A stretch of DNA of 64,000 bases from Thalia democratica (taxonomy: Eukaryota). Below, one piece after another: positions 48,901 to 61,100 of this stretch. The notes beneath the pieces were generated by a model. The model was given only the letters and a program-made list of their open reading frames with translations. It had not been told where the DNA came from and did not search any database. Each line of letters begins with the position of its first letter. The first letter of the stretch is position 1. A program made the translations under genes and the position numbers. The stretch is from positions 24,986,001 through 25,050,000 of the forward strand of contig OZ241829.1 in assembly GCA_965202585.1 (NCBI GenBank), written 5' to 3'.

Positions 48901-49490
48901 ACTAGGTGTTATATTTTTCTTATCAATAAAAAATATATGTCAAGATAAAAAACAGAATAAAGTTTGGATACGATGAATAGCTATAAAATTGATAAAACAA
49001 CAATTTCATTAATTGCTCAACATTAAACGGTAAAGTTTTATGTTGATCGAGTTTATTTAATTTAGTTACTCAAAAACTTGATAAGTAACGATTGACACGC
49101 GGGCAAAAGGCGATCTAATCAAAATAAAATCTTATGTTTTACGCCTTAAGTTGTTACTTTTAATTTTCCTAGCTAAAAATTACTGAAAAGAATGCATTTC
49201 TGAAATACAGTTTTAATTAATTAAAGCTTATGATTTGACTTCCTAATTAGTTTTAATTGATGGATGATTAAAAGCACTTAATATTACTTTTGATTTTTGA
49301 TGATCAGTTTTTCATTAAAGATATGAACTACAAGACATTGCCAGCTTTATGTGAGATTTTGGTCTCTAAGAGTCCTAAGGTGAGCTGTGAACGATTTGGC
49401 TACGTCAACTTTTCGGACTTTACCCACAAACAGTCGCTGCAGTGCATTTGAACTTAAGCCCGCTTGGTTAAAATCACAACAACGGTTTCT

Positions 49491-49549
49491 CGCGACTATG
49501 CCTGCCTAATGAGTCCTAAAAAGAACGAAACCGGTCGTAGGTTGTCTCG
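49491..49549 (+). ncRNA. Degenerate type I hammerhead ribozyme, probably a Penelope-like element or retrozyme relic
   Basis: Stem I CCTGC/GTAGG, extendable to cgcgac/gtctcg. Core CTAATGA (49506-12; canonical CTGATGA). Stem II GTCC-taaaaa-GAAC. GAAA at 49527-30, then palindromic ACCGGT stem III and a GTC cleavage triplet ending at 49536. Confidence 0.7.
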
Positions 49550-50097
49550 GATGCTATCGTTGTTGGTCGTGCTGTGAAGTTCATTGTTTATTACCGATGG
49601 CGAAAAACATCTTAACTTTGTTGATGATGGCCGAAATAAATACTGGCTTAGTGTTCATTTGAAATGAAAATTTATCTCTATGCTATTAGGTCATAATTAC
49701 TTTAGAAGAATATTATAAATTGATTTAAAAATATTTTCAGGTCATCATAAGTAAATATACAATAATTTCTAAAACTTTGAACTTTATATTTGTAAACTAA
49801 CAGTCTAATTTCTTAACTTATCCTACATTAATTAAATTGATTAATATGCAAAAGTTACAATAAAATATTTAACTTAAAACTACACCAAAACCGACATCCC
49901 AAAAGATAAATAAATTCTACTTTTAATGGCATAGTGCAGGAGTCTGAAAACTGTCAGGCCCACTTAAAATTTCATTTCAATTATAATAAATTTGTTTTAG
50001 AAAAGATAATACAACATTTATATAACACAATATGTCACCTTTTTTTTCAAAAATGAATTTTAAAGAAGTTTTCTTGAGCGAACTAAAATTTTTCCTT

Positions 50098-50114
50098 TGA
50101 CCTTTAATTGACCT
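50098..50114 (-). promoter_or_regulatory. Perfect DR5 element (RARE consensus) downstream of Meis
   Basis: + strand TGACCT-TTAAT-TGACCT, i.e. AGGTCA-N5-AGGTCA on the - strand. Confidence 0.55.
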
Positions 50115-52289
50115 GTCGACTCTTGGCATAGGGGGCAAAAGATTGGGTTTGTCATTTTTTTAAAAGTTGATCTTTTTTTTATTTTAAAGGTCTTTGACTT
50201 AGCAAGCAATTGGACTTTACAGTTTTTTGAAATTGAATTTTTATTTCAAAATACTGAGGTACAACGTAATGTACTGTTTTACTTATCTTAATAGTAAACT
50301 TTTTTCTGGTAGTGTTAAAAAAATAAAAATAAACTCAAAAAAAATAACGATTTTTTTTTACTTAATGGCTACAAAATTTTTTTGTTTGCGTGTTAGTAAC
50401 TGTATGAACGTTTGAAAAAAAAAATTATTAGTTAAAAAACTACTTACAACAAATCAATTAACTTCAACCACAGAAAATGGACACTAAAAAGAATTAAATA
50501 TTTAGAAAAAGTTCAAAATTATACAAAATTAATAAAATTCAAGTTCATTAACAAAATTGATTATAAAATAAAGAGTGATTGTAACTAACTAAATCAACTA
50601 AATCTCATTCAAATCTAGCAAAAAACTTATTCAGCACCTAATTTACAAAAATTAACTAAGTTCAAATAAAAAACTAACCATATGTTTTGACTAATTTGAT
50701 CAAAAGCTGTAAACATATTGTTTTAATTATAAAAAAGCTAAGTGTTTAGTAATAAATCTGAAAAAACTAGTAAAATTATTAAACATTTTGGAAATAAAGT
50801 TTTACAACAACTGCAAACAAATATTTGTGTAATTTTAAAAGTTTATAAAAAAAGTAAACTATTTAATGCACTAAGCTCAAACTTTTAATACAACTCATTA
50901 AAAAAACACATCATAGTATTTACACCAATGTACTCAGTTCTGTGCGACTTTTTTACGAGTCGATCTTATTTCAAATAACTTTGTGTCCTAGCTAGCAGTT
51001 GCTTTTCACAGGTTTTTAAAATTCAAACTATCAAAAAAAAATTAAGGTACGATGAAAATAAGTTCATAAGGTTCTTTATGTTAAAAATCAAAAAACAAAT
51101 CTTTTGAACAGTCTTTAAACTTCTTTTTCTCGATTCTTTTTCTCACAACAATATATCCATCTATTTTTTATTTTAGGGTTACAAAGTACTGTTGATTATG
51201 TGTTTGTAACTTTATTACTATTAAAAAAAGTTTAAATATTTGATAATTAGTTAAAAAACTGTAGACAACAAGTCAAGAATTTCAAACCACTTTAAACTGA
51301 CAAATAAAATAGTTAAAGAGAGCATGTAGAGCTAAGGTGCCTAAAGTGGGCCATTTCAGAATTTTAGGGGGCCATAGGTTGCAAGGGAGAGGGGGAGGGG
51401 CATATGATTAGTATAGAGACCATGAGGCCATAATTTGGAACTATTATTAGATATTTTTTTATGTAAATAAATAGTATTTAATATTAAATTTCATACTGCA
51501 AAAGTTAAACAATAATTTAAACTACTATTTTTTAAATACATTGCATCTCTTTTAACTTTGTGAAAAAAAAAAAACAATATTTATTTGGTTACATGTTATG
51601 AAACATTATATCACTTTATTTTGAAAATGGACAGACTTATATAGTAATGCTTAAACTTAAACATGAGTAAGATTTTAAATTCAAATGTCTTGAAAATTTT
51701 TCTATCTCTGATAACTAAAACCACTGATTTTGTTGAACATCTCAAAACTCAAAATAAGAAAGCAAAACTTTGCAACCTATGACGCATACAATCGACAATT
51801 CGTTTTAGTATGAAAATTTTAAGATTGTAAATACAAAACTAACTTTAAAAAAAAAACTTGAATGTTTATTTGAATTATAAAAAGTATAATAAACTAAAAA
51901 ATAGTAATCACGAACAAAAAGACTAACTTTATTTTTGTATTTACAAAACTTTTGTTTTATCTTTCAATTGACACTTTTTCAACAAAAATAATTTTTGTAT
52001 TCTGTAAACTTTTCTTACACTACTGCAGTTATAAAGTAAGTTTCGTTACCTTTTTTTTCAAAATGGTAAGCAGCACTTAGAAGGTAACAAAACAAAGTTT
52101 TGTAAAGTTAAGGTGTTTTAAAATTTAAATTTACACTAATAAAAAACAACTCAGTTGGTTCTACCTCTTTATCTAAAAGTTTTGCCAAAAATACTTTATA
52201 GTAAGAAAATACAATTACTAACTTTGTTTCGACTGTTCTTTAAAATTTTCTACATTCAGTATAGATTGTTTTTATTTTCCGTAAACAGG

Positions 52290-53480
52290 CTTTAAATTAA
52301 TTTAGTTTTTTTGTATTTTTTCCAAGTAGTTAACATTTTCTTTAACAAACATCCATTCAACTGTAATATTCGAAGTTTTCAAGCTTAATATTTTTTCTCC
52401 AATTGTTTATTCCAAACAGTCAAAGTTTTTGTCAGAATCATTATCTCTAAATACTATCAGATCAATTTAGAATTTTCATTTATTAGTAATTTACAATCTT
52501 TTAACAATCTATTTTTGTACATTTTTAGTATTTATCGAGAGCAACAAGTTTAGCTTCTCTTTGTCTCCTTTAACTCTCTCACATTTTCAACTTATATAAA
52601 TTTATTTTGGCAGTATATCTAGAATTCACAAAGAACTAAACGTAGTCTATTTCTATTTTAAGTAAGTTTTTTTGTCGTTTATTTTCTTTTTGCTAAATTT
52701 CTGTAAAATTTACTCATTACTTTTTTATTTCAACGTTTTAGTAATTATTACGAGGTAGGAGCTCTATATGTTTTAAATACATTACATATCATTTTAATTT
52801 TGTAATATAATAAAAAAACTACTTTTACATGATTACATATTTAAGTTAAGCAACTTTTAAACAAACATTATATTAATAGTATTATGAAAATTTATAGACA
52901 TTAATAGTATGTTTAACTTAAGCATGAGTATGTATGCTTTTATTTTAAGTTTTTGAATGATTTTCTATCCATGATCACCAAATCCACTAATACAGTTAAA
53001 AATGATAGAAAATTTTAAGAATAATTAACGTAACAAAAAAAGAATAACCATGGTTGCAAAAATCACTTGATTGAGATATAAATAAAAAAACAAATGTTAA
53101 ATTAACCAACTTTTTTTTTTTAAAGTGAGGCTTCATCTTTTGTATACACGTATATATAAGTTTTATTTCTTTATCTTGTATTTTTGACATAATTTAGTTT
53201 TGGAATACAGCACCAAACTAGAAATTTATTCTTTTTCTTTACTTTGTATTTTTTTAAATTAGTTTTAACTCGTATAACTTTGCTTTGTCAGTAAATCCAG
53301 AATTGACAAACAGTCTTTTTAAAACTTTAGTAAGTTATTCTTCTTTTTATTTTTGATAATTTTTTTGTAAAATTCTTTTTACTCATTACTTCTTTATTTT
53401 AAAATTTCAGCATGTAGGAGCCAATAATATATTTTTAATCCCTTTTCTCGTTTTAACATTATGACTTTGTAAAAAACTGA
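52290..53480 (-). pseudogene. Decayed coding sequence containing an internal duplication, family unknown
   Basis: Protein-like frame interrupted by several stops (IDLIVFRDNDSDKNFDCLE*TIGEKILSLKTSNITVEWMFVKENVNYLEK). Two related segments 678 bp apart encode FVNSRYTAKINLYKLK (52585-52632) and FVNSGFTDKAKLYELK (53263-53310). Confidence 0.45.
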
Positions 53481-54889
53481 ATATTTAATAAATATTACCT
53501 AATAAATACAAATTAAATGATAGTTAGATTCGGTTTTTTTGTTGTTTTTGATAGTAGTAAAATTTTAACAAATACAAAATTAAAAAATTATCTCAATCGA
53601 TTTTATGTGTAGTTTATTTACAAACTAATACAATTTAAACAAAAAATAAATAAAAAACATTAAGTCTTTAAATATACGGTTACTCCTTGTAACTTACTAA
53701 GTAAGTTTAAACTTTAAATTGAGTAGTGTAACTAACACTGTCAAGCTTTAAAAAAGTTAAGCACCTAAAAAATTTAATGATGAAATAGTTGATCAATAAA
53801 ATTTTAAAAGGTGATGAAACATCACCTAAAACTTAAATTAACTTCTGTGATAGACTTGCACACTCAGCATGCTGACAAATTGTATTACAGCTTGATGACT
53901 CAGAAAACTTGTGCTAGTGTCTTGAAACTTATAAACTAGTTTTATAAAATTTTTGATGCTAACTTACATTTTAGTATTTTCATGTAAGTATAACAGGACT
54001 ATTTTAAGCTATTATAATTTTTTCAAATGTTTTTAAATGTAATAATCGTATGGTCAACCATCTTTACTATAGTTTTCTGCAAAAGTTTAAAATAATTTTC
54101 TGTCGTAGGTGACCTTCTCTGTTATTTTTTATTTTGCTCTCACACTTTTATTAAGTTATTTAAAATGTTGGTGAACCTGTATAAATATAAAACAACAGAA
54201 ATAGAGATGTGTGATTCAATAGAATGTACAAGGCTAGATTAAAACTCGCGTTGTACAAGCCTAAAATATATTTGTTTTGTTTAAAATGTATTACAATTAA
54301 TATTCAAACTACTATGTATAAAGCAAATACTTACTTTTTTTATCTTTTCCAAATCTTTATCTCGAAATGGTAAAGACTTTATTCTTAATCTTTTACATCG
54401 TTTTGAAGGTTTTTTTGGTTCAACTACCAATTATTTTAAACAAAACAATTTATAAAGAAAAGTAACTTACTCTAACTGCTTCAGGTTACGTCATAAATAG
54501 TTTATTTTATATTTTTTTTTTTATAAAATTAAATAATGTTTGTAATGTTGTGCAATTTTTCTGAATTTACACAATTTGAACTAAAGTACTAATTTTTGTA
54601 ATAAAATTTATTATATTTGATAAAACTGCATTAACTAATTCATGTTTCGGCAGGTATTTGGTGATCGCGGGCCTAATTTAAAAAATAAAGTCTTCGCTGG
54701 CGGCAGTTATAGATAAGGTGACCTTTTTTCTAGTCTACAAATGACTCATTTTAATATAATACAATGAAACATGATAAATAAATAAATTTAAACTTAGGTT
54801 GCAATGTATATTTTTTCTTTGCAGTTTAGCTTTGGTGTACTCATTTTGATTACCTTAAAGATCACTGATATGTAGCATACCTTCTAAGT

Positions 54890-55172
54890 CAATGGTTTTC
54901 AACCTTTTTTAAAAGTGTGCACACTTAATTACTAGAAAATAATCATGTGCACACCAGAGTAAAAAGAGTACAAGTAATTAATAAAAACTGCTATTATATT
55001 TTATGTTTTAAATGTAAATTTTTAAGAACAACCTATTAAGAACTCAAACTTGTGTTGTAATTAGCTTTTTGTAAAACAAAAAAAAACAAAAAAGTTTAAC
55101 ATATTATTTTTTACTTAAGAAAATTTTCTGTGTGCACTAAAATAATTTTTATGAACACAGTGAAAACCACTG
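54890..55172. mobile_element. hAT (Charlie-like) MITE, about 283 bp
   Basis: Termini CAATGGTTTTCAAC and GTGAAAACCACTG are near reverse complements of the CAGTGGTT type. The 8-bp flanks match at only 4/8. Confidence 0.55.
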
Positions 55173-56286
55173 ATATAAACTAAAGATAAAATTATTATTA
55201 TTGTGAAAATTTTTATTTAAAAAGTATCAAATCCTTACAAAAAATATTGCAAGATCAATGATATTGCACTATTTCTTAATAACAATTAATTCAACAAATT
55301 TCTTCACTGGTTTCCTTTTCTTTGTTATTTTGCAGAAGTTTTTATATCTTAATAATAGTTTACCAATCATGTTCACTGGTCGTAGTTTGCCGACTCCTGT
55401 TTAGAATACATCTAATAGTTATTTATTTGTCTAAAAGACATTTACTAAATAACTAAAAAAATATTATTTTTGAGGTCCAGAAAACAAATATTTTCGTAAC
55501 AAACGTATAGACCTTCTGGACTCAGTTCAAAAAGCATTAAATCGGAAGAATAAAATACTAAAAAAGCTCATTAAGAATTAAATATTTTTAATGATTGAGA
55601 TAACTGGTTTGAAGACTTAATTTAAACAAAAATTAATTAGAGTAAATTTTGACATGTTTTCAAGAAAATTTTATAGTAACTAAGAGTCATGTTTCATATA
55701 CATATGATTACAAAAGAAAATATTTTCGCTTAAAAATTTTTCTTTTCTTTTGACTTAAACTTTGAAACTTTAGCTTTTTACCTATTTAGTAAACTTTAGC
55801 GGTTTGGTTTTAGTACATACAATTGAAGTCTTATTAATATACAGATAAGTTGGTAGTTGTAAAACAATAATAAATCTCAACTCTGTTTATTATTTAACAG
55901 AACTATTTATTAACACTTAATTAAAGATATTAGCCAAAAAGGCATTTTAATTTGGTTGAGAATCATTGTTTTATAACATGTAACCTTTTTTTTTAGAATG
56001 TAACTCTGAAGTACAATAACAAGGCTATATTACTATTCTAAATTTAGGCTATCAACATAAACAATTCATATCTGTACTGCATGCTTTTTTGTTTTGAACG
56101 GCAATTAGAAAACAGTTCATAAATATTACTAATAGAAACTTTATCAGCAAACTAATTATTACAACAACATTAAGTACGTTTACCGTTCTATACACAAAAA
56201 GGAAAATAATAAGTCAATGGATTAACATCAGTTTTGAAACTACTCTTTTATTAGTGCAACTTCATTAAATTAACTGAATATTGGCA

Positions 56287-56610
56287 TTATCCGCTTTTCA
56301 ATTTAACTGCTATGTTCATAACAAAATTGTATTGCAGGTAAAAATTATTACGAACAAATTCTTGGATCGGTACATTTGTATCTCCGATCTCAAGCAAGCC
56401 TCCGTCGGCGTTGAAAATAAAAGGACCCTGAATATTCAGCTGTGTATAATCATGGTCCGAGTACGGCTCCTTCACATCATTGAAGTACTGCTGCATCTTT
56501 CTCCGATCCCTTTCTATCGGTTCCGGTTTCGTTGTGAACGTGTTGGTGACAGTTTTCCCACTGGGGTCTATTGAGGTCATTGTTAAAGTGGTTGTAAATG
56601 TAATTGACAT
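56287..56610 (-). CDS. Small orphan protein-coding ORF (107 aa as one exon; may splice out at 56356)
   Basis: GC-richer than its flanks. ATG is preceded by an in-frame stop. A TTCCGTTTTAG acceptor lies 18 nt upstream of the ATG, and AATAAA (56247-52) lies about 35 nt after the stop. I recognise no family. Confidence 0.5.
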   Translation of the reverse strand: MSITFTTTLTMTSIDPSGKTVTNTFTTKPEPIERDRRKMQQYFNDVKEPYSDHDYTQLNIQGPFIFNADGGLLEIGDTNVPIQEFVRNNFYLQYNFVMNIAVKLKSG

Positions 56611-57644
56611 TTAGTTAGGTTTGTATGACTAAAACGGAATAAACATTCAAAAAAATTATTCAACGAGTTATTGTATGTTTATTGCGTACTCTTAATTTAC
56701 TTTCTTCTTTATTTACTCCATAGAACTTTGTTTATTCGCAAATTGATTTAATTAAATTGAAAACTTTGTTTACGAGTAGTTTAATTCACAGAAACTTATT
56801 TGAGTTTAACAACCAAGTCTAAAGAAAAACTTTTTAAAAACTAAATTATAATAAAACTATAACTTTTATTCTTCAAATTTCCACTACACTAAGTGATGTG
56901 GTTACTAAGATATAATCTTTAAACACTTAAGCATTTAAATTAAAAGTATAAAATAAATTTTTTAAGTTACTGAAATTTAAATTTTCAATTTGTACATAAA
57001 TTAATCCAGCACTAATAGACTAATTTGTTTATACTATTAAAAACTTTTGAAGAATAATTATTTTCATAGTTTTATTACTTAATCCCTTATATGTTTATTA
57101 AATCAAACTTTAAGTTTTAAAATGCTAAACTAGCCTATCATATAATACACTAGTAATATCTTGAAAGATAAATTTTATAATGAGGTCATAAGTACTTATA
57201 TAATTTTACAATACCTAATTTCTGATCAAAAGTTGTGTAAAAAGTTGACCTTGATTGAAAAAAACAATTAAAAATAATCTAAACGACCAAAGAAGTTTTG
57301 CAACTAGAGACTTTTTATAGCAAAGACTTTTTCGTTTAAACACAAAGCCTGTAAAGTTATTTTTTTAATCGTGAAATAATGACACAAATAAATTTTTTGA
57401 ATCAACTTTTAAGTTTGACCATAACATTGTTAAGTTTTTATAATAAAGTGCTTTTATTTAGATCATAAACTGAAAATAATTTTTTTGTCAAACATTAGTT
57501 TACATTGCTAACTTTTAATTTGTTAAATTTAAGAAAGCACACTATTAGTAAAGTATTATTTTTACTACTGTAAAATTTCAACTCTTAAAAAGTCGGTATA
57601 CCTATCAAAATCAGTGAAAAAAAAAGTTGTTATATCTTTTATAG

Positions 57645-58127
57645 GGGAACGGGTCAAACATGCACGAAGACTATTTTGCACGAAGGGCCATTTTTGCACA
57701 AGATAATTTTGCACGAGGGGTCACTTTTGCGCGAAGACACTTTCACTCGAAGAGTCATTTTTGCAAAAGAGTGAAAAATTAATGAAATATAAATAAAATA
57801 AAATTAAAATAAGAAATTTAATAAAAAGAATTTAAAAAGATAAACTAGTACTAAAAATGTCGATTAAGCGTCAGAGGTAACATTAATAGTAATAATAGTA
57901 AGTTAATATATAGAAAGTAAAAGAAGAAGAAAACCGACTAAGGGTAAGGATTAGGGGTAAAACTGATAATTTAAAAAAACAAAAACAATAATCAATAATG
58001 AAAAAAAAAAAATAATAACCCGTGCAAAAGTGTCTGCGTTTAAATGTGAACCTTAGTTGAAAATTCTTTCGTATAAAAGTGACCCCTCGTGCAAAAGTGT
58101 CCCCTCGCGTATATCTGACACCTACCC
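57645..58127. mobile_element. Non-autonomous DNA transposon (MITE) with subterminal tandem repeats
   Basis: GGG...CCC termini with 17/25 TIR identity. ACTTTTGCACGA-type repeats of about 17-18 bp run in opposite orientations at the two ends around an AT-rich core. No clear TSD, superfamily unassigned. Confidence 0.7.
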
Positions 58128-58174
58128 TTTTCATAAACATACACGAATGATCAGTTTTCAAATATTTCTACTAG

Positions 58175-61100
58175 ATCATGCAGCTGAAGGTGCAAAATGT
58201 GAAAATTGTCTCACCAGCAACGGGCTTACAGGGAATGACTGCATCGAAAGTGTGCTCTGAAAAAATTCGGCCAGTAAAACATACCAGTAAATTGTGTGAA
58301 AATATTTCTGCGATTTCGTTTGGCTTGTCATATAATACATTTTATGCTTTGCTAAACTTGTTTTCATTCATAAAATGCTTTGCTAAACTTGTTTTCATTC
58401 ATAAAATGTTGATGTTAGAAAAAAAGTTACCTCACATGTACACGTTTCATTAGTTTTATAAATAAAGTTGTAATTGAGTATATTTAACCGAAAAGTTTTT
58501 GCGTTCATCAGCTACTACGACCAATTATTATTACGTTTTTTTTGTCGTTCAATAAACTAGTATTTTGTACACATAAGGACGGTATTTTACTTTAAAAGAA
58601 AAAACACTAAAATATAACATTTAGTCTTAAAAGATCAACTAAAAACAAAATTTAAACAAAATCAGTAGTTTTACAAATAAAAAAGCTTAAATGCTTGACT
58701 AAAAGTATCATTTTCTAGAAAAAAGTAGTATATATATTAGACAAAACTAAACTGCTAAATATTTAACTTATTAAACTTCTTTTATCGTTTTAAAAATCTT
58801 TACTAAACTTTATATAAAGTTTTTCGAGATTATCCGTAAATTTAGTAACTAAATTAAATATACAGTTTTAACTAATTCATATTAAATATTGCTTTATATA
58901 GGTGTTGGTAAATAAAGAGGTTGATGCAGAATCATTCGCAATGAAGAGAGCAAAAGAAGCAACTGATGATAGAAAATAAAGGTACTATTTTTACCATTTG
59001 AGCAAATAAACAGTTTCAATTTAGAGTTTAAACAAAAATAAATTATATGCTTTTTGTAGCTCATAATTAAAACTATAAAAAATTGAGGTTGAAATATATG
59101 TCGATGATTTAAAGCTAAACTTTCAAGTTAATTTTTCTTGTGTCGAAAAACCAATTGCTCAAAAAACGGTAAACATCATATATGCTTTTGAACAGCAAAG
59201 TGTTAGACATACTTGAGGACTCAAAATTTTATCAAGAGGACAACAAAGTTTTACAGGATTTACAAAGTTCACTTTGCAAGATCTGCAGAAGTGTCCGAGC
59301 ATCTTGTGCGAACAAGACACCCTCCACCGTTAACTATATCTGTTAGAGAAGAAACTATATACAGTTTAAAGGTTTAAGTTGTTTAAAACATTATAAATTA
59401 AAAAAGTATAAATTTTACATTTTTTAATTCGACTTTTTTCCAAGAACAAAATTTTCAAAAAATCAATTCTAGCTTTTAAAAAGCTACTACACTTACGTAA
59501 AAAATAGTTTCAAGTCTTTTTTTTTTTTTTGTAAATACTTAAAAATATTTTTACCTTAAATTTTCTTCTACATAATCTAAAACTTTTTATTTTTGTTGAA
59601 CTTATCGATATATAAACAACCAAAAGTTTTTTAATTTTTTTACTACATGATAAAAACTTATAAAAAATTATTAGGTAGGTTCTGTATAAACTTTGAGCAA
59701 GTTTTTTGATTGAAACTACTTTCCATCAAAAGCTTAAAAACGAGATTTTGAAAACTGGGCTGAGAATAAACCAAGTTAATAACTGGTTTAAAATCAGTGA
59801 GAATGGCAACAAATAAAGAAAAAGAAAAGTATATCTGTTATTTGTTTTTGTTTTCATATAAATATTATGAGGCCGATTTTTTTATATTAACACTTATTTA
59901 GTAAATATTGCTCATTTTACTTAACTAAAATTAATTTTAATTGTTAATTTTAAAAGTTCTATTTTATGACCTTAAGCTAAACTAGTTATTTGAGATATTA
60001 TAAACAGATTTAATTATCTTTAAGATGTCATGGCAGGAATGTTAGTTGCTGATATTTAGTCGTCGAATCTGTACAGAATTTTAGGTAGTAATTTATAACT
60101 TGAATATTGATAAGCTTTTATTCAATAACAGTACAATATACCAACTTACATTTTTTAAAATTGAGTAAGAATCAATAGTTTATAAATCGTGAATGTTAAA
60201 ATTAACCACATCTGTAACGATATAAGTGTAGCTAAGTAGTTTCAAAAAGTATCGTTAGTATGTAGTAAAGCATTCTATAAACTTTTTATTGTTTTTACAT
60301 TTAGTTTGACTACAATCTTTCAATTTTTAATATCTTTTAATAGTAATAAATTGTTGTGATATAATTTACACTAGCTAAATGCTACTACATATTTTTTTAA
60401 ACTGCTTGTGAAAACGTTTTTGTATCAAACTCAGACAAGATTGTAAATTTTTGAAAAAATTGTTAAGTTTAGTATATAAATGTTAGTCATTTTAAAACAA
60501 CTTTTGCACTATTGTGGGGCTTATACATTTAGTAATATAGAAATAAGTGAAAGCACTGATTGTTGAACATTTCTTAAGATGAAAGCATTGAGTAAAGGAA
60601 ATTTAGCAAATGTGTATTTTAAACAAATTGTGTGTTTGTATAAATTAAACATCCGGTCATTTAACTAGTTTCATTTGATATTTTAAAACACTGAAATTTA
60701 CCGTGGTTTAGTGAGTTACAATGTATTTGATTTATAGTGGCCTCAATTTTTTTAAAATTTCAAGTGAGTATTGTTGTGTATTTTCAAGGTTTTTTTTTTG
60801 TTTGATTCTCTAAATGTGAATAAATTAATAAACTAACAGATTTTAGAAAGTGCTTGAATGTTACTAGTTTTAATTATTGAAAACTTTTCTTTAAGTAATT
60901 GGAACTTGACTATTTATTTTAACAGTTTAGGCTTATATAACGATAATTTGATTCCAGAACATCAACTCCTGAAAAAGTAACGAAAGTTTGGAAACAAAAA
61001 TAGTATAAAGCCAATTTATTTTGCTGAAAATTACTTAAATTCAATTAATTAACTAATTATCTAATCAACTAATTACTCATTTAAAACTATATAAAGTGTT

